Assembly (NCBI GenBank): GCA_965203905.1
Contig: CBDBDQ010000005.1
Location: forward strand, 1,632,001 to 1,696,000
Source of the DNA: Spirochaetia bacterium
Lineage (GTDB): Bacteria > Spirochaetota > Spirochaetia > SZUA-6 > Bin103
Length of the DNA stretch: 64,000 nt
Reading direction: 5' to 3'
Positions within the stretch are counted from its first letter, which is position 1. The number at the start of each line of letters is the position of its first letter. This document shows, piece by piece, positions 9,624 through 19,116 of this stretch. A program made the translations under genes and the position numbers. The notes under the pieces are model-generated. The model saw only the letters and a program-made list of their open reading frames with translations, did not search any database and was not told the DNA's origin.

Positions 9624-11471
9624 TCATGCGCCTGGAGTGCCGTCAAGGCGCTCGATGGCGGCGCGGCGCTGCTGGACCGCGCGCAGGCGCGCCAGGTCGA
9701 ACTTGCCGGAGCGGTCGAACTTGTAGATGCCGTTCTGCTCCTGGTAGATGTCGGTGAGCTGGGTGTAGCAGTAGCCGAACATGTCGGGGTTGTCGAGCAG
9801 TACGGCGCACAGCTTCTCGAAGCGGTCGTAGAACTCCTCGATGCTAGTGGGGCGCTCGCCGTAGCCCCACGACTCCTCGCCGGCGGCCAACTCCGGGTTC
9901 CACCAGATGCCGCCGAACTCGCTGACGAAGTAGGGCTGGCCGCGGTAGGCGATCGACCAGTCGAACGAGCCCAGCAGGCGTTCGGCGTTGCGTCCCGTCA
10001 CGCCCCAGCCGGCGCCGCTGTTCAGGTAGGGCTTGCCCTGCGCCAGGCCGGCCTGGTTGCGCGCCAGTTGCTGCGGGTCCTGGGAGTAGTCGTGGCTGTC
10101 GTAGACGTCGGCCTCCGGGACGCGGTGCGCGTAGCCGGAGGTGTCCAGAACGGGGCGCGTGGTGTCCATCGCCTTGGTGGCCAGGAACATGCCGCGGGTC
10201 ACGTCGTCCAGCGCGGTGATGCGGTCGCCCAGCGCCTGCCAGGTCTCGTTCAGCGGACACCAGCCGACGATGCAGGGGTGCGAGTAGTCCCGCTCCAGCA
10301 CCTCCAGCCACTGGGTGACGTAGTCGGGACCCGGCCGCTGGTGCTCGCCCGCGGCCGGTCCTTCGCCGCGGCAGCCCCAGTCGCCGAACTCGCCCCACAC
10401 CAGGTAGCCGAGGCGGTCGGCGTGGTAGAGGAAGCGCTCCTCGAACACCTTCTGGTGCAGCCGCGCACCGTTGAAGCCCGCCGCCATGCTCAGCTCGATG
10501 TCCTGGCGCAGAGCCGCGTCCGAGGGCGCCGTCATGATGCCGTCCGGGTAGTAGCCCTGGTCCAGCACCAGGCGCTGGAACACCACCGCGCCGTTGAGCC
10601 GGATCGCCTTGCCGTCGATGCTCACCGCGCGCAGGGCGGCGTAGGAGGCCGCCGCGTCGACCACGTTGCCGGCGCCGTCGAGCAGGGCGATGGCGACGTC
10701 GTACAGGTGCGGGTCCCCCGCCGCCCACAGCCGGCGCCGCGGTTCCGGGACCGGCAGGTCCAGGCGCGGCGCCAGGTCCAGGCCGGCACCGCACTCGGCG
10801 CGGGCGATCTCGCCTTGCGCATCGCTCAGGGTGGCGCGCAGGCGCAGCCCCGGCGCGCTGCCGGTCAGCGGCTGCTCCAGGCGGATGACCCCGTTGGCGA
10901 CGTCCGGCGTGAGCCGCGGCCGGCGCAGCGCCAGGTCGGGCACCGGCTCCAGCCACACCGACTGCCAGATGCCGGTGGTGCGCACGTAGATGGCGCCGCC
11001 GGGGCCGTAGTCGCGCGCCTGCTTGCCGCGCGGCTGCGGGTGCTCGCGGGTGTCGCGGGCGCGCACCGTGATCACCGCCTCCTCCCCGGGCCCGGCCACC
11101 CCGTGCAGGTCGCAGGTGAAGGGCGAGAAGCCGCCGCGGTGGCGCCCCACCTCGACGCCGTTCACCCACACGGTGGCGTCGTAGTCGACCGCCTGGAAGT
11201 GCAGCAGCACCCGTCGGCCCGCCCAGGCGGCGGGAAGCGTCACGCTGCGCCGATACCAAACCGCGTTCAGGAAGTCGTGGTTCTCGACCCCCGAGAGCCG
11301 CGACTCCGGGCAGAACGGCACCGTGATGGCGGCGTTCAGATCGCGTTCCAGCAACCCGCGCTCCAGGCCGCTGTCGCCCTGGTCGATCTCGAACTGCCAG
11401 CGGCCGTTGAGGCACAGCCAGTCGGGCCGCACGAACTGCGGGCGCGGGTACTCGTCGCGGGGTAGTTGCAA
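9624..11471 (-). CDS. Glycoside hydrolase family 2 (beta-galactosidase/glucuronidase-like)
   Basis: EYPRPQF, LNGRWQF, LHFQAVDY, TGIWQSVWLE, LDQGYYPDG, GFNGARLHQK, W..LNE, SEFGG, GYCYTQLTD. Confidence 0.92.
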   Translation of the reverse strand: MQLPRDEYPRPQFVRPDWLCLNGRWQFEIDQGDSGLERGLLERDLNAAITVPFCPESRLSGVENHDFLNAVWYRRSVTLPAAWAGRRVLLHFQAVDYDATVWVNGVEVGRHRGGFSPFTCDLHGVAGPGEEAVITVRARDTREHPQPRGKQARDYGPGGAIYVRTTGIWQSVWLEPVPDLALRRPRLTPDVANGVIRLEQPLTGSAPGLRLRATLSDAQGEIARAECGAGLDLAPRLDLPVPEPRRRLWAAGDPHLYDVAIALLDGAGNVVDAAASYAALRAVSIDGKAIRLNGAVVFQRLVLDQGYYPDGIMTAPSDAALRQDIELSMAAGFNGARLHQKVFEERFLYHADRLGYLVWGEFGDWGCRGEGPAAGEHQRPGPDYVTQWLEVLERDYSHPCIVGWCPLNETWQALGDRITALDDVTRGMFLATKAMDTTRPVLDTSGYAHRVPEADVYDSHDYSQDPQQLARNQAGLAQGKPYLNSGAGWGVTGRNAERLLGSFDWSIAYRGQPYFVSEFGGIWWNPELAAGEESWGYGERPTSIEEFYDRFEKLCAVLLDNPDMFGYCYTQLTDIYQEQNGIYKFDRSGKFDLARLRAVQQRRAAIERLDGTPGA

Positions 11472-11505
11472 GACGGCGCTCCTTCGTAATCATCAAAGAA
11501 TATGT

Positions 11506-11550
11506 ATACCTCAGAACGAATGTGAGGTATTATATTTTGTGAGGTATTAT
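11506..11550. promoter_or_regulatory. Operator-like repeats upstream of the AbiEi-like gene
   Basis: TGTGAGGTATTAT direct repeat at 11521-11533 and 11538-11550, plus an inverted copy ATACCTCA at 11506-11513, in an AT-rich divergent intergenic region. Confidence 0.6.
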
Positions 11551-11581
11551 CCGATACGGAGAGGCCGATCCTGGGGATGCC

Positions 11582-12586
11582 ATGACATCGCACGAAATCG
11601 CAGACCGTTCGGAGGCCGCAGTTGCGGCCGTAGTCCCGCGGTCCGTCAGGGTGCGGCGCGACCGCAAGGATGGCCACTCAATCTGGCTTAGACTCAATGA
11701 AATGTACATCAGGGTCGAGTGGCTTGGCGAGGGTGGGTTGCGCCAGGCGCGCGAGTTGCTTGCCGGCCGGAAGAATCTTCCGGACGTCGTGGTTGCCCGC
11801 CGTATGTCTCCCGGCGCGCGGGAGGCGCTCTCGGCCGCGGGAGTGGGGTGGGGCGACGAGACAGGCGCCGCTGAGATCGCGCTGGGAACGCTGATCGTCT
11901 CCAGGAGCGGGCGACCGAGTGAGGTGCCGCCGAAGCCGCCTCGGTGGACACCCTCGGTCCTTGCCGTCGCCGAGGCGCTGCTATGCGGCGGAAAGCCTAC
12001 GGTAAGCGGCGTGCAGAAGACGACCGGACTGTCCACTGGAAGCGCCACTAACGCGCTACGTGTCCTCACCGATTTTGGGCTCTTGGCGGCTTCGGCCCCG
12101 CGCGGGCGTGGCTCGGGCCGCTCCATACCCGATCAGGACCGGCTCTTGGACGGATACGCGACCGCAGCCGAAGCCATGATGCCTGCGACCGCACTCACGG
12201 TCGGCGTGACTTGGCGCGACTTTGCGGCCGGCCTGAGCGAATAGGTCATCAATGGACGAGTATTGGTATCGCGTGGGCGGCCACCGGCTCGGTAGCGGCT
12301 GTGGTGCTCGCCCCTACCTTACGGCGGTCTCGACCGGCGAAATATACATCGACCGCGAGACCGTCTCGGGACTCGAATCCGTCGCCGTGCAAGCCGGCCT
12401 GCGACGATGGAGGGGGGCAGGCTCACCCTGAGGCCATTTCCTACCATTGCAGTCAAGCGGCTGTCTGTCGTGCGGGATGGCCTGCCCGTTGCACCGTGGC
12501 CAAGGGTGTACGCAGATCTGCGTAGCGTCGGGGTACGAGGCGAGGAGGCCGCCGAGCATCTCCGGGAGGTGATCCGTGGCCGATGA
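11582..12586 (+). pseudogene. AbiEi-like (type IV TA) antitoxin/transcriptional regulator with ~3 frameshifts
   Basis: wHTH-like TVSGVQKTTGLSTGSATNAL. Reading continues across indels near 12240, 12313 and 12405 to WAATGSVAA...APWPRVYADLRSVGVRGEEAAEHLRE, a typical AbiEi_2-like C-terminus. Confidence 0.65.
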
Positions 12587-12933
12587 GCCGCGCCGCAGAG
12601 GTCGCCTGCAACCGAGGCGGTTAGAATTGCGCCGGGTGTTTGTTATCAGCCTGCAGAGGGACCGGCGCGCGCACCGCGGATCGTCGCTGCCAGCGCCAGC
12701 GGGCCGTGGAGCGAGGAGCCCAAGGAATAGCACTCGTTGCACACTGCGGGTTCGCCAAGCGGATCTTCACGAGCACGGGTGTGTGTGGGGTCAGGTGGGC
12801 CTAAGCCCTCTGAAGCGTTCTATCGGGCATCAGCGCTGACTCACGCTCAGCTTGACTGCGCGGGCGCAACCCCGACGAGATACCGACTACCAGTCCCTCA
12901 ACTAGCCTGTCCATCAAAGGCGTAAGGATCTAT

Positions 12934-13238
12934 CTACATCCTGTCGTTACAATAAGCTTGGCCGTTGCTCCGGCAGTCTTGGATGTACATAGATTCTGCG
13001 TCTGCTATAGCTCCGCTAGGCACCTCGGCCTTCGTCTGAACTATGAACGTGGCAGGGCGAGCGAGAATTGATGCAGCGGGTATTCTCATGCCCACGGACC
13101 TGACGTATCCTTTTCGGTCATACCGACGTAGACACAACGATCCTGACCATCCAAGATCACGTAGATCCCGGGTTCTTCTGGAGCTGAGTCAACGTCCTCC
13201 GGGTAGTGGTACCGCTCAGCATCATTGTGGAACGCAAT
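12934..13238 (-). pseudogene. Small GIY-YIG nuclease, frameshifted
   Basis: APEEPGIYVILDGQDRCVYVGMT (GIY...YVG) in one frame. The continuation ..ADAESMYIQD..YCND* (conserved E and N) is in another frame; the shift is near 13110. Confidence 0.65.
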
Positions 13239-13859
13239 GGTGTACAGGTGCCGCTTATAGACGCTGGCTTTCCTCCTATCTCCGGCATTATCGTCTACTC
13301 GAACCGGTAGAGGCTGGAGCTTTGAAGCCCACGACCTCGAAGTTATTATACTCGTCAACGATCGTGGACTCTGCCGGCGCTGGCAAGGAGTCAGCAACCT
13401 GCTCGGTAAGCACGGAGTCCTGACACAGCAACTGCGTCAGGCGCTCCCGATGCCGGTTGCCAGACCGTTTTGAGACAACGTCAGGATGACCGACACATCT
13501 CCAAGCGTGTCTCCTATCGTTATCAGATCGCGGGTAGTCAAGACTCCTCTCCCATTAAGTCGCTTGACGGAAGGGATGGGGCACACTTCATTATTGGGGA
13601 AGCGTGGTAATTCCCCGAAGTGAGTCGCAGGTTTGCCGCCTTCTTCACTTCAACCTTCCGTCAGTGCGGTGTTTGTTCAACGCCTTGCCTAGCCAACGGC
13701 CGGTAGGTCACGGCTTCTCAATCAAAGCTCAATTATCGATGCGGGCGTCAACCGTATCAATTTGTGCACTGGTGGCCAAGGAGACCTAGCACCGACGATG
13801 GGCGTCAAACCTATGGGAATACATACCAAAGTAACATAGGCCCCGACGCGGCCCATGCG

Positions 13860-14066
13860 CTACGGCGGGGGGAGATGATTGGAGAATCCGTCGATCACGC
13901 GCATGCCGTCGTCGTAGCGTGGTCGTCGGCCGGGACGCCGGGGAGTGTAGATCACAGGGGGGATGGCCTCGGCTATCCGAGAGTCAGTCGTCAGACCGCG
14001 GCGAATCTGGTTGATCATGCGGACCGCTTCGCGCGTCTCCCACGGGATAGAGAGTACTCGCGGCAT
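13860..14066 (-). CDS. Small orphan basic protein, 68 aa
   Basis: AAGGAG RBS 7 nt before ATG 14066 (MPRVLSIPWETREAV...). No recognisable motif. Confidence 0.45.
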   Translation of the reverse strand: MPRVLSIPWETREAVRMINQIRRGLTTDSRIAEAIPPVIYTPRRPGRRPRYDDGMRVIDGFSNHLPPP

Positions 14067-14331
14067 AGGGGCTCTCCTTGATGTGGGTACGGTTGGGCAA
14101 GGGCTGCTACCCCTGCCCAACCGATCATCGCTCTCTCCCATCATCCGATGAGCGTCGGCTTCCCCCAACAGTCTCCCACCGCTCCATAGCGATGCCGAAC
14201 ATTCCTGGAGGAAACGTGTGCAGTTCCACGAGCCCTGATCATTGCATCCTTGCGGCTACGGTGTTGATGCAAGCTGCTCTTTCGACCATGGAGCACGCCT
14301 TTCCATCAGCCTCAGCAGTCTCATGCGTTCG

Positions 14332-14643
14332 TCAGCGCCTCTCCTTTGTCGACACCATCGTCACCCTTGAGATCTTGAGCGGATGCGCCACTCCGGCTAT
14401 CACTCTTGCGCCTTGTATTTCCTCTACAATTCGCCCTTCCTCGACGAGGAATTTCAGCGATTTGATGGTCTCGCGTTGTTCCCCGATGGCCATGCGTTGT
14501 TTCCTGATGATCACGCTCTGCGTAGCCAGGGCGTATCGGCGCCGAACGTCCGCAGCCCGTAGCTCGGCAACTTCTTTCCTTAGAGCTATCTGCTGCGCCA
14601 TGGTCAAGCGCCGAACCGGGCGGATAACTGTTTTCTGGTTCAA
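14332..14643 (-). CDS. Small orphan protein with coiled-coil character, 103 aa
   Basis: AGGAGG RBS before TTG 14643, downstream of a consensus-like promoter. Helical segment QQIALRKEVAELRAAD..IGEQRETIKSLKFL. Confidence 0.55.
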   Translation of the reverse strand: MNQKTVIRPVRRLTMAQQIALRKEVAELRAADVRRRYALATQSVIIRKQRMAIGEQRETIKSLKFLVEEGRIVEEIQGARVIAGVAHPLKISRVTMVSTKERR

Positions 14644-14678
14644 TTAGAACCTCCTGCGCACAATGCGCTAAAACGTGC

Positions 14679-14841
14679 GCTTGGCACAGGAAGCAGAGTC
14701 GGGGTGCATTTCCCCGCAGGTCGTCTCCGCTTCCTGTGGTACAAGCACTGACGATGTAGAGCTCGACGGCCTGCGGCGGGCTCTACTGCAAGCAAACGTT
14801 AGTACGTAGATGCTGCCGGTTAGGCCGCGCTCTACGGTTCA
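14679..14841 (-). ncRNA. Candidate structured leader / ncRNA (three hairpins, possible pseudoknot)
   Basis: Stems CACAGGAAGC(14685-94)/GCTTCCTGTG(14729-38), GTAGAGCTCG(14756-65)/CGGGCTCTAC(14777-86), CGTAGA(14805-10)/TCTACG(14831-36). Cross-complementarity 14714-14725 with 14765-14776. Confidence 0.45.
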
Positions 14842-14847
14842 GTTGGC

Positions 14848-14877
14848 AGTGTAGCACGCGAGTGTTGTCGCTGTCAA
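14848..14877 (-). promoter_or_regulatory. Sigma70-type promoter with extended -10
   Basis: Minus strand TTGACA-18 nt-TACACT, with TGn directly before the -10. Confidence 0.65.
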
Positions 14878-14929
14878 GATACCGATCAGGATGGGCCGCT
14901 TGGCGTCAACACGCTGGACGGCCTGTTCT

Positions 14930-15353
14930 GTTTTCGTGTTTGACGAGTGCCCGAGCGTCGGGGGCGAGGAACTGGATTCACGTCTCGCGACATGGAATAC
15001 GCAAATCCAAAGCCAGAGTGGGCGGAGTTACCCATACCATAGAGAGGAATGTCGCCGGGCTGGCCTAGTTCGATATTGCGTTTGTGCTCCTCCACAACGA
15101 CGCTGGCGGTCCGATGGATGCGGCGAACGTGGTACGGGAGCGATTCGCTGACGAAATTCAAGAACTTGATACGGCGCTGAACGAGCTGCGGGCCAATTTC
15201 GCGGACCGTGATGCACAGGGGACTCAGGCCTACCTCCAGCAGATGATGAGCGACCATCCCGATCTCGATGGGATGACTCTCGCAGCAGATGCGGTACTTG
15301 CTGTCGAAGAGTTCCTACGAGGCCTGGACCCGGTCAGACGACGCGGAAACTGA
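14930..15353 (+). pseudogene. Degraded C-terminal half of a probable AbiEii-like partner of the 11582 gene
   Basis: Fragments FDEC, NVAGLA*, FDIAFVLLHNDAGG...ELRANF...AYLQQM are spread over several frames with a stop. The DIAFVL helix resembles the KDxxD region of these proteins (recalled similarity). Confidence 0.4.
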
Positions 15354-15364
15354 GATCCCGGGTG

Positions 15365-16387
15365 TCAGTCGAGGGTGACGATGGCTTTGATGACGCCGCT
15401 GTCGAGGCGGGTGTAGGTGGGGAAGTCGCCGATCAGGTCGCCGAAGGCGCTGCGGTGGGTGATCCACGGGGCGGTGTCGATGCGGCCCTCTTCGATCAGC
15501 GAGATGATGCGCCGGAAGTTGTCCGGCAGCGAGTTGCGGGTGGCGTGCAGGGATGACTCGGGGCGATGCACCGCCATGTGCGGGAACGACACCTCGCGTG
15601 CGGTCAGGCCCACGAACACCAGGCAGCCGGTGGGCGCGATGTAGTTCACCGCCTGGGACATCGACACGTTGGAGCCGGTGGCGTCGAACACCACGTTGGG
15701 CAGGTCGCCGTCGGTCAGGTCGCGGAGCTGCGCCTCGATGTCGCCCTGCGCCACCAGGGTGTGGTCGCAGCCCATCACCTCGCGCGCGAAGCGCAGCCGC
15801 TCCTCGTTGAGGTCCATGAAGATGGTGGTGGCGCCGGTGAGGCGCGCGAACTCGAAGGTGGCCAGCCCGATGGGGCCGGCGCCGATGATCAGCACCGCGT
15901 CGGCGGCGGTGGGGGCGCCGCGGTCCACGGCGTGGGCGCCGATGCCGAGGGTCTCCACCAGCGCGAGTTGCTCGAACGCGAGCCGGGTGGAGAGGTGCAG
16001 CTTGCGCGCCGGGAGCAGGAACTGCGGGCGCATGCCGCCGTCGGTGTGCACGCCCAGCACCTCCAGGGTCGTGCAGCAGTTGGGAGCGCCGCGGCGGCAC
16101 GCGATGCAGCGGTCGACGCAGTTCAGGTAGGGCTCCACCGCGCAGCGGTCGCCGGGCCCCACGTTGTTCACCTCGTCGCCCACCGCCAGCACCTCCACCC
16201 CCAGCTCGTGGCCGAGGATGCGCGGGTAGGACATGAGCGGCATCTTGCCGAAGTAGCCGCTGACGTCGGTGCCGCAGATGCCGATGTTGTGCACCTGCAC
16301 CAGCACCTCGCTGGGCGCCGGCTGCGGCGGCGGTTCGATGTCGATCATCTCGAAGCGCTCGGGTTCGCGCAGACTGATCGCCTTCAT
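15365..16387 (-). CDS. Zinc-binding alcohol dehydrogenase
   Basis: GICGTD, GHE, Cys cluster C..C..C......C, IIGAGPIG. Confidence 0.93.
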   Translation of the reverse strand: MKAISLREPERFEMIDIEPPPQPAPSEVLVQVHNIGICGTDVSGYFGKMPLMSYPRILGHELGVEVLAVGDEVNNVGPGDRCAVEPYLNCVDRCIACRRGAPNCCTTLEVLGVHTDGGMRPQFLLPARKLHLSTRLAFEQLALVETLGIGAHAVDRGAPTAADAVLIIGAGPIGLATFEFARLTGATTIFMDLNEERLRFAREVMGCDHTLVAQGDIEAQLRDLTDGDLPNVVFDATGSNVSMSQAVNYIAPTGCLVFVGLTAREVSFPHMAVHRPESSLHATRNSLPDNFRRIISLIEEGRIDTAPWITHRSAFGDLIGDFPTYTRLDSGVIKAIVTLD

Positions 16388-17238
16388 CGGTTCAATCCCT
16401 CCAGGTAGGCTCGATAGCTGTGGATGGTCTGGCGCGCGGCCGCCTCCGGATCGGGGTAGGAAAACGCCTCGGCGGAGGCCCAGCCGCGGTAGCCGGCGGC
16501 ACCCAGGGCGGCCGCGATGGGGGCGTAGGAGAGATGCCCGCGGCCGGCCGGGCGGCGGTTGCTGTCCACGAAGTGCAGGTGGCCGAGCTGCGCCGCGGCG
16601 GCACTCAGCGCGGCGGCGATGTCGGTCTCCTCGATGTTCATGTGGAACAGGTCGGCGAGCAGGGCGAGGCGCTCGCCGCTGACCCGGGCCAGCAGCTCGC
16701 CGCCCTGATACAGGGTGTTGCAGAGGTCGGTCTCGTAGCGGTTGAGCGGCTCCAGCAGCACCCGTCCGCCGGCCGCGGCGGCGTGCTGAGCGAGCTGCGC
16801 CAGGCTGTCGGCGAGCCGCGCCAGCGCCTCCTCGCGCGGCTCCCCGGCGGCCGAGCGGCCCTGCATCGAGCCGACGATGGCGGGCGCGCCGAACGAGGCC
16901 GCCAACTCGACGATGGCGCGCACGAAATCGACGGCGCGTTGCCGCTGGCCCGGATCGGGGTGGGCCAGGGACAGGCCGTGCACCACGCCGCCCGCGCCCG
17001 TTCCCACCGCCGCCAGCGCCAGCCCGTTGCCCTCCAGGGCGGCGCGCAGCTCCGCTAGCGGCACGGTGTCGGCCGTGGACGGGAACAGCTCCAGGCCGTC
17101 GAAGCCGATGCGCGCCGCAGCGTCACAGGCCGCGGCGGTGTCGTCCCAGAACACGAACGGCCCGCCGCGCACCTCCGGCACCAGGCTCAGAGTCACGGCG
17201 GAGCGCACCCGTGCGCCTTGGCTCACGTCGGATGTCAC
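16384..17238 (-). CDS. Sugar phosphate isomerase/epimerase (xylose isomerase-like TIM barrel)
   Basis: GFDGLEL, LLEPLNRYET, DLFHMNIEE, HLHFVDSNR..GRGH. Start GTG 17238 inferred. Confidence 0.88.
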   Translation of the reverse strand: MTSDVSQGARVRSAVTLSLVPEVRGGPFVFWDDTAAACDAAARIGFDGLELFPSTADTVPLAELRAALEGNGLALAAVGTGAGGVVHGLSLAHPDPGQRQRAVDFVRAIVELAASFGAPAIVGSMQGRSAAGEPREEALARLADSLAQLAQHAAAAGGRVLLEPLNRYETDLCNTLYQGGELLARVSGERLALLADLFHMNIEETDIAAALSAAAAQLGHLHFVDSNRRPAGRGHLSYAPIAAALGAAGYRGWASAEAFSYPDPEAAARQTIHSYRAYLEGLNR

Positions 17239-17267
17239 TTGGTCCTCACGTTTCTCGGTAGTCGGGG

Positions 17268-18038
17268 TCAGCGGGTCGCCAGGGCGTCCAGGAACGCCGC
17301 CACCTCGCGCGTGATCACGTCCAGGTAGCGCGCGCCGGCGGCGGCGTTGGCCGCTGCCGGCCGGTCGGTGAAGCCGCCGCCCTGCTCCCAGCCGTCGGCG
17401 GTGCGCACCCGCGAGGTCGAGGCGCCGGGCACGTCTCGAAAGCGGCCTCCGGCGTTGTCGCCACCGGTGCCGGTCCGCTCCAGCTCCTCCGTGTTCACCA
17501 GCTCGGGGCGGACCGCCATCATCAGCGCGGTCTCGAACTGGCCGGCGTGCCCGGGGATCAGGGAACTTTCGAGGTCGGTCTCCGCCACCAGGGCGGCGCG
17601 CGCGATGTCCCAGTAGGAGGCGGCGCTCACGACGACCGCGCGTCCGCGGCGATGCACAAGGTCGCGGGTGGCGATGTCGTTGCCGGCCTCGTTGCCGCCG
17701 TGGCCGTTGATCACCGCGAGCCGGCGGAAGCCGGAACGGTAGAGGGAATCGCACAGCTCGCCCACCGCCGCCAGGTAGCTGCCGCTGGACAGGGTCAGCA
17801 CCCCGGGAAACGGGAAGTGGTGCGCCGAGTCGCCGTAGCGCAGGGTCGGCGCCACCACGATCTCGCTCGCCGCGCGTTGCGTGGCGCCGGTCACCACCGC
17901 TTCGCAGAGGAACGTATCGACCCCCACCGGCAGGTGCGGGCCGTGCTGCTCGATCGACGCCGTGGGCAGCACCGCCAGGCTGTGGGGCGCCAGCTCGCCG
18001 ACTCGCTCGCGGGTGAGGTCAGGCAGTCGCAGAATCAC
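17268..18038 (-). CDS. Creatininase family protein
   Basis: SIEQHGPHLP..D, HHFPFPG, INGHGGN, GHAGQFET. Confidence 0.92.
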   Translation of the reverse strand: MILRLPDLTRERVGELAPHSLAVLPTASIEQHGPHLPVGVDTFLCEAVVTGATQRAASEIVVAPTLRYGDSAHHFPFPGVLTLSSGSYLAAVGELCDSLYRSGFRRLAVINGHGGNEAGNDIATRDLVHRRGRAVVVSAASYWDIARAALVAETDLESSLIPGHAGQFETALMMAVRPELVNTEELERTGTGGDNAGGRFRDVPGASTSRVRTADGWEQGGGFTDRPAAANAAAGARYLDVITREVAAFLDALATR

Positions 18039-18119
18039 GGCGCCATCCTATGGGGTTGCGGGCGTTGCGACAACATGCCGGCGGCTACAGGCGGCTACTG
18101 CGGTCCGGGTGCCGCTGCC

Positions 18120-18155
18120 CGGCCGCGGCGCGCTGCCGGCGGCGCGCCGCGGCCG
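18120..18155. repeat. Perfect 13-bp GC-rich inverted repeat (intergenic hairpin)
   Basis: CGGCCGCGGCGCG (18120-32) / CGCGCCGCGGCCG (18143-55). Confidence 0.55.
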
Positions 18156-18175
18156 ACGCGCGCCTGACCGTGACG

Positions 18176-19012
18176 TCAGCCGGATGCGCCATCGTCCAGC
18201 AAACGCTGCAGGTAGCGGTAGTCCATCCTGGTCATGGCAACCACGTCCTCCACCGGCTCGTCGTACTCGCTGTGCAGGCTCATGGTGCCGGCGAAGCCGA
18301 TGCGGCGCAGCGCGGCCAGGGCGGCGGGGTAGTCGACGAAGCCGCGGCCCAGGGGCATCGTGCAGGTGCGCGTCGGCGCCCCGCGTCCCCACCAGCCGCC
18401 CTCCGGCAGTGCCACCCGCAGCAGGTCCTTGCACGCCACGCAGGCCAGGTACTCGCGCACCATTTCAAGTGCCATCGCGATCGGCTCTCCGCACACCGCC
18501 AGGTGGCCGGGGTCGGCGAACACGCCCACGTACGCCGCGTCGAAGTCCTGCACCAGGTGCATCATCTGCGACGAGTTCATGCCCAGGGTGGTGCCGGAGT
18601 GGTTGTGCACCACCGTCTTCACCCCGTAGCGGCGCGACCACTCCTGAAAGGTGGCCAGCCATTCGCGGATCTCGGCGACCTGGTCCCAGAAGCGCCGCTC
18701 CGGGTCCCAGCCCCAGTAGCCGAGCTTCAGGTGGGCGACGCCGGCGCTGCCGCAGGCCTCGTAGAACGCCTCCGCGCCGGGGCTGTCGGGGGAGGTGAGG
18801 CTGGTCGGCGCGGTGACCAGGGGAATCTCCAGGCCGGCGTCGCGGAACCGCTGTGCCGCGCGCGGCAGCTCTGTGGCCATGTTGTCCGGGTTGACCGGAT
18901 AGCCGGGCCGCACCGCCAGGTCCGCCCCGGCGACGCCGACGTGGGTGAGGGTGGCGATCAGCTCCTCCAGGTCGAGGCCGGTGAGGTGCTTGGTGAACAT
19001 CACGAACTGCAT
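18176..19012 (-). CDS. Sugar phosphate isomerase/epimerase
   Basis: MFTKHL, DLAVRPG, VHNHSG, DPGH, VACKD, PLGRGFVD, SLHSEY. Confidence 0.85.
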   Translation of the reverse strand: MQFVMFTKHLTGLDLEELIATLTHVGVAGADLAVRPGYPVNPDNMATELPRAAQRFRDAGLEIPLVTAPTSLTSPDSPGAEAFYEACGSAGVAHLKLGYWGWDPERRFWDQVAEIREWLATFQEWSRRYGVKTVVHNHSGTTLGMNSSQMMHLVQDFDAAYVGVFADPGHLAVCGEPIAMALEMVREYLACVACKDLLRVALPEGGWWGRGAPTRTCTMPLGRGFVDYPAALAALRRIGFAGTMSLHSEYDEPVEDVVAMTRMDYRYLQRLLDDGASG

Positions 19013-19116
19013 TGGACGGCAGCCTACGGCTGCGGCCGGCGGCTGGCAAGGCTGCCAGGGCTGGCAGCCGGTGCCCAGCGCCCGCGAAATCAGTACATTT
19101 CGAGGCAGGCCGCGCC

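Noticed and set aside
12934-14877. Group I intron with a GIY-YIG homing endonuclease
   Set aside because: Could not identify P/Q/R/S core elements or splice junctions, and the structured region has its own promoter on the strand opposite the interrupted gene.
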